A stretch of DNA of 26,465 nucleotides, taken from positions 1 to 26,465 of the IMG/VR virus record IMGVR_UViG_3300043122_000036, one strand, 5' to 3'. This document shows, piece by piece, positions 17,856 to 26,028 of this stretch (the first letter of the stretch is position 1; every line of letters begins with the position of its first letter). Made by a program: the position numbers and the translations under genes. The notes under the pieces were generated by a model. The model saw only the letters and a list, made by a program, of their open reading frames with translations. It ran no database searches and was not told the origin of the DNA. This DNA comes from a virus. Its lineage: Duplodnaviria; Caudoviricetes.

Positions 17856-18019
17856 TGCTTAAAAAATACTATACGTATGAAGCGATAATAGACGGGACTG
17901 TTCTCGGCTCTGGAGTTATTGCGGTTTGGTTTTGGCAATCGCCTGTAAAGGCTCACAGGCTTGTAACAGAAATGCTTGGTGAAGGTGTGCAGCAAATAAA
18001 TTTCAGGCCAATAAAATAG
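17855..18019 (+). CDS. hypothetical protein, 54 aa (MLKKYYTYEAIIDG...)
   Basis: Translated by hand; TGATG coupling to the previous gene; GGATGGTGAG upstream. Confidence 0.6.
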   Translation: MLKKYYTYEAIIDGTVLGSGVIAVWFWQSPVKAHRLVTEMLGEGVQQINFRPIK

Positions 18020-18047
18020 TCGCACTTCCCTGTGCTTATCCAAAACC

Positions 18048-19208
18048 TTAGTAAACTATGCGCTGGATGACGATTGACGATTCCAGCGCGCTACCAGTGG
18101 CCTGGCCTTCAATTGATACAGTCACGGATTCTGGGCCACCAATCTCAGGTGTTGCAGAAGTCATGCGAGCATTGCGCAGAGTGAACGACATGGCACCACT
18201 AACGCCAGTCAGAACGCTTGTGAACTCTGTTTCAGCCTCAGCTATAAACTTTTCAACCATAGTTAAATCGTAAAGCTTGCCAGCTAGTGAGAATGTGTTG
18301 TTTGCTCGACCACGCTCAACGAATGCAACTGACTTGTTGCCAAGCTCAAACTGCGCGCTTGTCTCGTTGTCGTTGGTGATTGTGAACGTGTCAATAAGCT
18401 CAAGCGGCGTAACGCCTTCAAACGCTGTGACGTCAACAGATGCGAATGGATCGGCGTCAAAGTTCACTGTGAACGTTGAGCCAGCTGGCAAACCGGTCAG
18501 CACTTCTTGACTCAGACCAATGAACGGGAATGAGCCAGTAACCATTGCGTTAACAGCTTGCTCAATGGTGAATCCGGTAAACTCAACGCCGCGAGTAATC
18601 ACGTAAGCGTCAGGATTGCCGCACTTGCCTTTGAACCAAGTCAGGATTGAAACCGATTTACACAGATTGCCAGTTTCAAGCTTGTCAGCTGTTGCAAAAT
18701 CTGTGCTAGAGCCTGTTTCATTGGTCAGAGTGTGCTGGATGCCTGCGCCGGTGATAACCAGAGCTGTGACGGTGGTTGCAATAAACGGCTTAGCGTTATC
18801 ACCAGTAAGCTCTGGGAAATAAACCAAATCGCCGACCTCTGCGACAGCTGTGAAATCGCCTGCGCTGCGAGTGAACGTCTTAGCGTTAGCGTCAACTGAG
18901 ACTGTTAGCCCAGCATCGGTATCACCAGCAACCCAATCAGACGTCATTGCATTGGCCAGCAGCTCATCCTGTGACGATTGGCTCAGCTCTATAGCGTACT
19001 CACCGGTGACTTGCTCGTTACCAGTGCGAATCGCATTAACTTCACGCCCATTATCAAGCTCGTTAGACACCAAAGCGTCGCGAGTGATTGCAGGAATGCC
19101 GCCTGTGGAGCGCAGAGGCGACCACGATGGGTTTTCAGGCGTAACACCTGGTGTTGTTTCGACTACATAAAACTGAGCGGTTGTCGCGCCCTTATATGGT
19201 TGGGCCAT
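18048..19208 (-). CDS. major tail (tube) protein
   Basis: VVETTPGVTP, WSPLRSTG, LVSNEL; upstream of the chaperones; likely start MAQPY at 19208. Confidence 0.88.
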   Translation of the reverse strand: MAQPYKGATTAQFYVVETTPGVTPENPSWSPLRSTGGIPAITRDALVSNELDNGREVNAIRTGNEQVTGEYAIELSQSSQDELLANAMTSDWVAGDTDAGLTVSVDANAKTFTRSAGDFTAVAEVGDLVYFPELTGDNAKPFIATTVTALVITGAGIQHTLTNETGSSTDFATADKLETGNLCKSVSILTWFKGKCGNPDAYVITRGVEFTGFTIEQAVNAMVTGSFPFIGLSQEVLTGLPAGSTFTVNFDADPFASVDVTAFEGVTPLELIDTFTITNDNETSAQFELGNKSVAFVERGRANNTFSLAGKLYDLTMVEKFIAEAETEFTSVLTGVSGAMSFTLRNARMTSATPEIGGPESVTVSIEGQATGSALESSIVIQRIVY

Positions 19209-19210
19209 AA

Positions 19211-19630
19211 TCATAACCTCGCTGTATAGGCTTTAAAAGTAATACTAACGGGCCTTGTCGCCCATCCGTTTTCAATAGTAACACGATCATAACTAAAGTT
19301 AGTGACTTCAACGCAAATCTGGCTGCGCTGAATCGTTGTCGATGGCTTGAATGCAACATTAAGCAAGTCAATCATCTTGTTAATCGGCGCGCTGCCTAGA
19401 TGGCTGGCATAGTTAACATCAATCTGATAAATCCCGCTGCGCCTGTCTGTGAAGTATAGGTCGGCATCCTCAACAGGTGCTGGCAGCAAAAAACCTGCCA
19501 GATATGGTGTGTCTGTACTGGTTGGCTTATTTATGTTCTCAAGTGCATAGCCAATGCTATTAGCGTTGCTAAACTGCACCAGCGCAATATCAAATGCTTT
19601 TTGTAGTGCTTCTGTGTATCCTTCTGGCAT
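19211..19630 (-). CDS. tail terminator / completion protein
   Basis: ALEN and GIYQIDV; directly upstream of the tube gene. Confidence 0.75.
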   Translation of the reverse strand: MPEGYTEALQKAFDIALVQFSNANSIGYALENINKPTSTDTPYLAGFLLPAPVEDADLYFTDRRSGIYQIDVNYASHLGSAPINKMIDLLNVAFKPSTTIQRSQICVEVTNFSYDRVTIENGWATRPVSITFKAYTARL

Positions 19631-19632
19631 TT

Positions 19633-20076
19633 TTAACTCCTAGGCGAATCAACATTGAAAACATGGACTTCGCCGCCAGTGTAGCAGTCTCGCCTCTTGG
19701 CATACTCTACAGATTCTTTTGCATCACAACCGAAATCCATAGCGCACAAAGCATACACTCCACCGCTACCAATCGAATCGCTGTAGTTTAGTTCTATTTC
19801 CCAATAACCAATAGAGTCAGAATAATTGCCCTTGAACACCTTGCCATCTCTAACTATTAGAGCCGAGCACTCTATTGGTGTTTCTGGCTTAAACCCCCTA
19901 ATCTTGCTTGAATTTATAAAGTCACTCTCGCAATGAACTGAGCCAGAAAAAAAATAAAATACACCATCTTTTTCTTTCATTTTTATCACTGAATCGCTTT
20001 TTATTTCGTCTCCGGCAGTCTCCCTGCTATCATATGCAATCTGCTTGTCTTTATGGTTATATGCAATAGTCGTCAT
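19633..20076 (-). CDS. proteasome beta-subunit/HslV-like Ntn-hydrolase
   Basis: M-T-T-I-A N-terminus, AYDSR, FSG, SIGSGGVYA and A.RRDCYTGG.V. Confidence 0.75.
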   Translation of the reverse strand: MTTIAYNHKDKQIAYDSRETAGDEIKSDSVIKMKEKDGVFYFFSGSVHCESDFINSSKIRGFKPETPIECSALIVRDGKVFKGNYSDSIGYWEIELNYSDSIGSGGVYALCAMDFGCDAKESVEYAKRRDCYTGGEVHVFNVDSPRS

Positions 20077-20474
20077 CTATTAACCCTCGCCTGTTCGTCC
20101 AATATCCGCTGGAATCGTGCCACGTTAATCCGTACCATGCCTTGCGGTGCCTGTTGAGAGTATCCGTACTCCAATTTATAAGCATACGGCAAATTGTTTG
20201 CTAGGGTGAATTCCATATTAATTCGCTCGCCGTTGATGTGTGCCACAACTTCATTAATGGTTTTGTTACCAGATTTGTCGTTATCGTTTTTAATGCCCGT
20301 CTCTGGCGACTCGCCACCTACCTGCCAATTTGCTCGAAATCGCCCAGTATCAACAGGACTGGCAAGAATAACCGCCGAAAACAGCTTAATCGAGGTGCCG
20401 CGAATGGTTTTCTCGACAGACATATTCGCCTTTTTTGCAAACGCTTTTATCTGCTTATCGAATGCTAGAGCCAT
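20073..20474 (-). CDS. neck/tail completion protein (HK97 gp10-like)
   Basis: SPVDTGRFRANW, NNLPYA..LEYGYSQQAPQGMVR. Confidence 0.88.
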   Translation of the reverse strand: MALAFDKQIKAFAKKANMSVEKTIRGTSIKLFSAVILASPVDTGRFRANWQVGGESPETGIKNDNDKSGNKTINEVVAHINGERINMEFTLANNLPYAYKLEYGYSQQAPQGMVRINVARFQRILDEQARVNR

Positions 20475-20613
20475 AATTTTTCAATTTCTCCACAGCCGCA
20501 ATATAATCAGGATGATTAGGCGATAATTCTTTGCCACCAGCAAGAACTTTAACACTGATAATTTCTCCAGTGTCGCTGTGGCGCAGCTTGATTTGTGGCC
20601 TAGGCTTAATCAT
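20455..20613 (-). CDS. hypothetical protein, 52 aa (MIKPRPQIKLRHSDTG...)
   Basis: Translated by hand; ATGA overlap with the 20610 stop; fills the gap to the next gene. Confidence 0.55.
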   Translation of the reverse strand: MIKPRPQIKLRHSDTGEIISVKVLAGGKELSPNHPDYIAAVEKLKNYGSSIR

Positions 20614-20987
20614 TTCCGCACCTGCATTTTGTAAACAATCGGCAAATCTCTGCCAGTGTATTCAACGTGAGGCGTGTCAACGATAGACCATTGCTCACCG
20701 TCAAGAATGACCTTGTCGGCTGTGGTTGGTCGATAGCCCAAGTTTGTAGATAGCGTTACCATCTTGTCGCCTGCCTGAATCGTGGTGCCATTGACCATAG
20801 ATTCTGAAATCGTGATAACAACACCAGTGGCCGCGTATTCTTCATCTGGCACCGCCACAAACTCGCCAAGCACCTCGTCAAAAACCGTGCCAACTCCAAG
20901 CTTAATGATTTTTATTGGCGTTGCTCGCTCGTCAAACTTTGTTAGTAGCCTAGTGGCTACCTTGTTCATTCTGCTTGCAAAACTCAT
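20610..20987 (-). CDS. head-closure / head-tail joining protein
   Basis: ATRLLTKF, NGTTIQAGD, YKMQVRK; neck-module position. Confidence 0.78.
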   Translation of the reverse strand: MSFASRMNKVATRLLTKFDERATPIKIIKLGVGTVFDEVLGEFVAVPDEEYAATGVVITISESMVNGTTIQAGDKMVTLSTNLGYRPTTADKVILDGEQWSIVDTPHVEYTGRDLPIVYKMQVRK

Positions 20988-21676
20988 AATGTGGCCACCG
21001 GTTCAATATCTGAAACAACCAATAGAGCCGTTGGCGCTATTGTCCATCCGTGGCTAGATGACTGCGCGCAAAGCCCACCCGACGCAGCACCTGCGCTATC
21101 TTGGATTATCTCAACTGTGAACACGTCACCGGCAGTAAGCTGAACAAGCACACGGCTATCGAATGCATTGGTGACGTCAGAAGATGACAGTTTTGAAACC
21201 TGACTGACACCGAACTGAACGCCGTTAACGAGGATCCGCGTCATGATGATGCTAGTGCCGATGGCGCCGGTTCGACCGAGTTGCAGCTTCACTCTGACAG
21301 CGTATGCCCCTGAAACCAGCGCCGTGAGCGCCCCCGATGCTGATAACGATACATGTGAGTTGGACTGAACTGGGCCAAACTCAACCTGTAAAGGTGTTCC
21401 AATCGCTGCTGGCACCTGGCTTGCGGCAGTAGAGTGGGCTCTTATCAGGTCAGCCTCGCGAAAGCTTGCGCTTACGTCTTGGCCGCCAACTTGCAGGCCT
21501 CCGGTGAAGTTAACTGGCCCCGCAACAGTCTGCGCCCCAGTCTCAACAGTGTTCAGCGCAGAATCAGAAATCTGTGTTTCGACTTCTCGATGCTTCTGCG
21601 GAGTGATCAATCCGGTTGTGTTATCTGGCAGATTCCCATTTATCAGCGCCAGCAGGTCAGCTTTGTTTTGTGCCAT
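20984..21676 (-). CDS. virion decoration/fibre-like protein with C-terminal C1q/TNF-like beta domain
   Basis: N-terminal LPDNTTGLITP, short fibre-like TVAGPVNFTGGLQVGG, then a beta-rich domain (SGAYAVRVKL, VQLTAGDVFTV). Confidence 0.55.
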   Translation of the reverse strand: MAQNKADLLALINGNLPDNTTGLITPQKHREVETQISDSALNTVETGAQTVAGPVNFTGGLQVGGQDVSASFREADLIRAHSTAASQVPAAIGTPLQVEFGPVQSNSHVSLSASGALTALVSGAYAVRVKLQLGRTGAIGTSIIMTRILVNGVQFGVSQVSKLSSSDVTNAFDSRVLVQLTAGDVFTVEIIQDSAGAASGGLCAQSSSHGWTIAPTALLVVSDIEPVATL

Positions 21677-22158
21677 TATCTGTATACCCCAAACTCAAAA
21701 CCGTTGTTCTTGCAGGCCACCAGCAGAGACTTTAGCGCATCCATTGCCCTAGTAATGGTCACGGCCCCGCCCGTCTTGCCGTTGTTAAAATACGACACAG
21801 CAACAGCACCAGTCACTTCCTCGCTTGCAATCGCTTTGCCGTCATCGGTGGCGCGAACATCAGTGCCCAAGGCGAACTCAGCCGCAGCATAAACAGTAGC
21901 CTTGCCAAGCGCTGCAGGCATGCCGCTATTATTGTCGCGCGGATAGGCCAGCGCTTGCGTTGACTTTAGCCTGTCGCCAGAAAAGCAATCTTCCTGCAAA
22001 TCAACATACTGAGTGCCTTGCCTTAGCGTGATTTCAGCTTCTGTATCGTCTACCGGCAAAGTGATCCCGTAATTAGCGGCAAACGTGCGGGCACCGGCTA
22101 ACGAAATATAGCTGTCAGCGTCAGCTAGACCTGTGCCATCTTCAACTATCAAAGCCAT
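21676..22158 (-). CDS. head-tail adaptor (DnaT-like-annotated family)
   Basis: MALIVEDGTGLADADSYIS, QALAYPR, EVTGAVAVSY. Confidence 0.8.
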   Translation of the reverse strand: MALIVEDGTGLADADSYISLAGARTFAANYGITLPVDDTEAEITLRQGTQYVDLQEDCFSGDRLKSTQALAYPRDNNSGMPAALGKATVYAAAEFALGTDVRATDDGKAIASEEVTGAVAVSYFNNGKTGGAVTITRAMDALKSLLVACKNNGFEFGVYR

Positions 22159-22226
22159 CTCAAGCGCTCCAAACGAATTGATAATTTTTCATACAATGAG
22201 TTTACCACAACTTCAAAGCCGCGCCA

Positions 22227-22397
22227 TTACTCTTGTTTTGCTGTTCGCTTGGTGCGGCGCTTTGGCTTTTCTTCTTGCGATTGATCTTCAATTTCGTCTG
22301 GCTTAAATCTTGCATCGACAATCTTAAACCCTAGCGCCAATAATTCAGCCTTACGCTCTGCGCTTACAGGGTGTTTTTCATAGTGAACTTGCTTCAT
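22227..22397 (-). CDS. small capsid-adjacent protein, 56 aa
   Basis: Translated by hand: MKQVHYEKHPVSAERKAELLALGFKIVDARFKP...; SD AGGGG; this motif commonly follows this capsid type. Confidence 0.8.
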   Translation of the reverse strand: MKQVHYEKHPVSAERKAELLALGFKIVDARFKPDEIEDQSQEEKPKRRTKRTAKQE

Positions 22398-22408
22398 AAT
22401 TTTCCCCT

Positions 22409-22435
22409 AAAAATAAGGCGGCACATTGGCCGCCT
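22409..22435 (-). terminator. terminator after the major capsid gene
   Basis: Minus strand AGGCGGC-CAATGT-GCCGCCT-TATTTTT. Confidence 0.75.
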
Positions 22436-22452
22436 ATATTAATTAACTTGCA

Positions 22453-23421
22453 TTATGCGTCTGCGCTGCCGATTGCCAGCGTACCAAGCAAGTGCTTGTT
22501 GGAAGTCATAGCTGAATCCCAGTTTGTTCCTGTAAACAGATCCACATCTGTTGGTGATGCGCCACCGTTTGCAACGTCCCATGCGAAGCCTTTCAGCTTG
22601 ACGCCGAATGTGTAATCAGCTTGCCAGGTTGTCTGAATGCGGGTTTGTCCGTTGGTGGTGTCCATGTTTGTAATGATATCGCCAGCGTTATCAACAATGA
22701 TACCTTGAGCCACAACCGACAGCACCTTGTCTTTATTTGGCGTACCAGCAGCATACAGCGCTGGAATGTCAGAAACAATGAATCGCTTACCGAGGATCTC
22801 AAGGATCTGCACGTTCCCAGACTGGAACAACTGACTTGAGTTGGTCAGCGCTTCGGTCATCAGTCGATGATAAACAGAGCCGGTCATCACATCAGCAACC
22901 AACATTTGAGACATATCGCCAAACTTAGCATGAGATCCGTTCAAAGCGACCTGGGTAATGCCACCAGTTCCTGAAACGTCATTCACCAGAGCAGACACGT
23001 TTTCAACAGCAGCAACACCGCAGCCAACAGCAGTGTTAAGCTGGTCTGCAAGCAATGCGTCAGCAAAGCCTTCTGAAATCGCCATGATTGCATCAGAAGG
23101 GGATTTTTGCAGGTATGTCATTTGGGCAGGCTCAAACAGCACTGGGCCAAAACCGCCTGCAACTTTAACGCCGACCAGTTCGCCTGCGGTCAGTGCAGTA
23201 GATGCCTGTGATCCAATCGCGGCATAGCGATCGACTCGGCGCTGAGCGCTTGCAAGTGATGCAAAGAAAGATTCTTTGGTGAAGTCACCTTCCCATGCGG
23301 CAGAGTTCAACACAATTGCACCGCCAGATGCAGCGTTGAACATGTTAATTTTTTGCGCCAACAATTCAATTGTAGTGCCTTGAATCTCGGTCTGGTAGAC
23401 CTTCATATCAGATAAAGCCAT
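22453..23421 (-). CDS. major capsid protein
   Basis: 322 aa after the scaffold; SD GAGGTG; FNAASGGAI and KGFAWD...GGASPT...TGTNW. Confidence 0.9.
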   Translation of the reverse strand: MALSDMKVYQTEIQGTTIELLAQKINMFNAASGGAIVLNSAAWEGDFTKESFFASLASAQRRVDRYAAIGSQASTALTAGELVGVKVAGGFGPVLFEPAQMTYLQKSPSDAIMAISEGFADALLADQLNTAVGCGVAAVENVSALVNDVSGTGGITQVALNGSHAKFGDMSQMLVADVMTGSVYHRLMTEALTNSSQLFQSGNVQILEILGKRFIVSDIPALYAAGTPNKDKVLSVVAQGIIVDNAGDIITNMDTTNGQTRIQTTWQADYTFGVKLKGFAWDVANGGASPTDVDLFTGTNWDSAMTSNKHLLGTLAIGSADA

Positions 23422-23432
23422 GACTCACCTCT

Positions 23433-24113
23433 TTACTTAAATTTTTCATCCAAGCTGGCTTTTAATTCGGCTCGCTTGGCATCGACTGGGTTAGTAAATT
23501 TTTGCTGTGAACCTTTGGCACCACCATTTGGATCACGATTCCCGCCAGCCCCGCCGCCGGAAGCTGCATCCGCTTTCATCAGATGCGAAATAGCTGGATG
23601 ATTGCCCATCCACTTTTTAAACTCTGCTGGGTCTGTTGTGATAACGTTGCCAGCAAAATCTGTGAACTGTGTCTTAACGTCTGTGCCGTCGAACTCTGTT
23701 TTAACCAATTGCGCTACTAGGTCGAGCGATTCAGTGTTGATGAAGTCGCCCGAGAACGAGCCAAGAATCGCTTTCTTGCTCTCTCCTGTTACTTTGGCTG
23801 TCAACGCTTCAAGCTTGGCATTAAGCCCGCCGCGCTCTTTTTCAAACTCACTGCGGAGGCTTTCTTCGAATTTATCAAGCTCGCCTGCTTTCTTAGATGC
23901 TTCCTGCTCTGCTTTCAATCGCGCTTCTTCGGCTTCTTTGGCCTTTGCCGCCGTCTGTTTCTTTTCAGTCAGCAGCGCATCACGCGAATCTTTCAGCCCT
24001 TTAAGTGCAGCATCCAGCTCTTCTTGAGTATAGGTTTTTGGCGCTTCACCGCCGCCACCTTCGCCGCCTTCTGGATTCACTTCTTCTTGCAATCGGTATT
24101 TCAGTTTGAACAT
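23433..24113 (-). CDS. capsid scaffolding protein
   Basis: GGEGGGG N-terminus, K/E coiled coil, ASGGGAGG linker; precedes the capsid gene. Confidence 0.85.
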   Translation of the reverse strand: MFKLKYRLQEEVNPEGGEGGGGEAPKTYTQEELDAALKGLKDSRDALLTEKKQTAAKAKEAEEARLKAEQEASKKAGELDKFEESLRSEFEKERGGLNAKLEALTAKVTGESKKAILGSFSGDFINTESLDLVAQLVKTEFDGTDVKTQFTDFAGNVITTDPAEFKKWMGNHPAISHLMKADAASGGGAGGNRDPNGGAKGSQQKFTNPVDAKRAELKASLDEKFK

Positions 24114-24197
24114 AATAGCCCCTAGCTAATATGGTTGGTCACAGACCAATGAATATAAGTCATTCAAATGTTATGCCATGTGGTGTCAATTTGCAAC

Positions 24198-24223
24198 AAT
24201 AAAAAAGCCGCTTGATGCGGCTT
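24198..24223 (-). terminator. terminator after the tRNA
   Basis: Minus strand AAGCCGC-ATCAA-GCGGCTT-TTTTATT. Confidence 0.85.
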
Positions 24224-24230
24224 AGTGGTT

Positions 24231-24307
24231 TGGCGCTCCATGAAGGACTTGAACCCTCAACCTAGGCGGTAGAAACACCTTGCGCTATCCTGTTGCGCTA
24301 ATGGAGC
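24231..24307 (-). tRNA. tRNA-Arg, anticodon TCT, CCA encoded
   Basis: Acceptor GCTCCAT/ATGGAGC+G+CCA; D arm GCGC/GCGC; anticodon arm AGGTG-TTTCTAC-CGCCT; T arm GAGGG-TTCAAGT-CCTTC. Confidence 0.95.
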
Positions 24308-24588
24308 GTATTTGTTTTAGTGCCTTCGCCACGCTTCACAACGTTGCTAAGCTTGCAGTCTATGGCCTGACTGCTGCCCTATCTTTCCAGAGTCAAGACG
24401 GAATCACCTCCATTCGGCTGTGTTACCGTTATATGTGTACGCAAGCGTCCATAATTGACCCAACGTTGCGCGCCCTAGTCCCAAGCAAACACATTAAGAT
24501 GATGACTATGACATATTTACACAGGATGCCACCACCTATCAAATCACCATCTTAAAATTCCCCACAGATTACGCACTGTGGGCTGCGG

Positions 24589-24706
24589 TGTGTTGGCAGG
24601 CGCTGAACCCCTGCATCATGTAACGACCACATGCTACCGAGATAGCGGCCAGTCATGTTTTAGCTATCGACCACGTATTAGCGTATCAGCCTACGCATTC
24701 AACACA
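24589..24706 (-). ncRNA. structured RNA with a kissing-loop pseudoknot
   Basis: Closing stem TGTGTTG/CAACACA; hairpins GCGTA-GGCTGA-TACGC and GCAGG-GGTTCAGCG-CCTGC with complementary loops GCTGA/TCAGC; starts about 7 nt after a -10 box. Confidence 0.65.
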
Positions 24707-24712
24707 AAACAA

Positions 24713-24740
24713 ATCCTAGCACACCTATTTATCTGGTCAA
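24713..24740 (-). promoter_or_regulatory. sigma70-type promoter for the ncRNA/tRNA block
   Basis: TTGACC(24740-24735)-16-TAGGAT(24718-24713), TG at -15/-14, AT-rich upstream. Confidence 0.7.
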
Positions 24741-24752
24741 CATAAAAATAAA

Positions 24753-25787
24753 TCAATTCCGCAAATAACTAGCAACTCTTTTATCAGCCTCGGCCATTTC
24801 TTCGATTGTCAGCGGCCTCCCTAGATTGTCTACAGACAGCTTTCTAAATTCTTCGGCATCAAGGCCGGAATTGCGGAATATCAACCCTTTTGTTTTCCCC
24901 AGAACCTCATCTTGATATGCCGCTGGCTGCCGCTTAAGCCAACCGTAGTAAGTTGTGTCTGCCGTTACCTGGCCGTCAGCGCTTGCTCTGGTTGCGCCCT
25001 GGTCGAATATGTCAAACTCTGGGGATAGTTTTGGCGCAGTTGTGGAGCGGCAATTGTAATGCGCTGGCGGCTTAGGCTGGTCGCGGTCTTTGAATAAATA
25101 AACCTGCCCGTCACGACTGCGGCAAATGTCGCTTGTACGGCTATCAAGCGTTGAAACCCAAGTGTAACCAATAACCACGTCGTCATTTTCTTGATACGTG
25201 GCAAATCGCGCTTCATTGGCCAAGTGCATTACCAATGTGCGACCGTTTGCCATGGCGTTACGCTGCGATATGTCAGCAAGTCCACCGGCACCAACGACCT
25301 GTTTTATGATTTGTCTTGTTGTTAGCCCTTCGACAAATCCAGACTTCACGCCCATCACCAGGCGCGAAACCTCATCATCGCCCCATGAATCAATTAGCGC
25401 ATCAAAATCAATCGGGCTAGTTGCCAATTTTAGCGGCTCAAACTTTGCGGCCGTCCAAACCTGGTTAACTGTTGGTGTTACCAAATCAACGCCAATCCAG
25501 CCGCCGATAGTGTCGGCTTGATAACGTGCCTCATACCTGGCGAACTCGCGCAATTGCTTGATTAATTCCTTGCGATACTCTCCAGCAGGAACATCAAGGT
25601 CTTTTGCTAACTTCTCAATGAGCTTTTGCAGCCTGGCAGATGTGCGCTTTTCGCTGTCAAACCCAGCAACAGATTTGCGCACAATGGCCTTCATCGCGTC
25701 CAAGTGTGGCTTTACTGTGTTGCCCACTTCGGCGCCGTGTTTAACAGTGCTGATATGGTGCGCTAGTAGTTCGTCATTTAGTGGCAT
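24753..25787 (-). CDS. minor head protein (SPP1 gp7 / Mu gpF family)
   Basis: WVSTLDSRTSDICRSRDG and PPAHYNCRST; start probably MPLNDE at 25787 (25820 is an alternative). Confidence 0.9.
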   Translation of the reverse strand: MPLNDELLAHHISTVKHGAEVGNTVKPHLDAMKAIVRKSVAGFDSEKRTSARLQKLIEKLAKDLDVPAGEYRKELIKQLREFARYEARYQADTIGGWIGVDLVTPTVNQVWTAAKFEPLKLATSPIDFDALIDSWGDDEVSRLVMGVKSGFVEGLTTRQIIKQVVGAGGLADISQRNAMANGRTLVMHLANEARFATYQENDDVVIGYTWVSTLDSRTSDICRSRDGQVYLFKDRDQPKPPAHYNCRSTTAPKLSPEFDIFDQGATRASADGQVTADTTYYGWLKRQPAAYQDEVLGKTKGLIFRNSGLDAEEFRKLSVDNLGRPLTIEEMAEADKRVASYLRN

Positions 25788-26028
25788 TCCCGCAACCCCC
25801 TTCATCACTTGGTCTGCCAATCATCAAATAGGCTTTCTTGGCCTGCTTGGTTCCTTTAATTACTTTAGTTGTGTGCTTTTCGTGGTGCCACACACAATAC
25901 TCGATTTCTGGCGCAATCTGCTCAATCGTGTCACTAAGCTTGCGCATCTGCATCAACTGCATGACTGAAACGAACACCAGTGCCACGATTGCCGCCATGA
26001 ATAGCGTTCTGAATAGTTCGTTAGTCAT
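25774..26028 (-). CDS. hypothetical membrane protein with N-terminal TM helix
   Basis: Start ATG 26028 overlaps the upstream stop; LFMAAIVALVFVSVM. Confidence 0.6.
   Translation of the reverse strand: MTNELFRTLFMAAIVALVFVSVMQLMQMRKLSDTIEQIAPEIEYCVWHHEKHTTKVIKGTKQAKKAYLMIGRPSDEGGCGNATK

Noticed and set aside
24280-24555. Plus-strand 91-aa ORF
   Set aside because: TTG start inside the tRNA antisense, no SD; the region is better explained as structured RNA on the minus strand.
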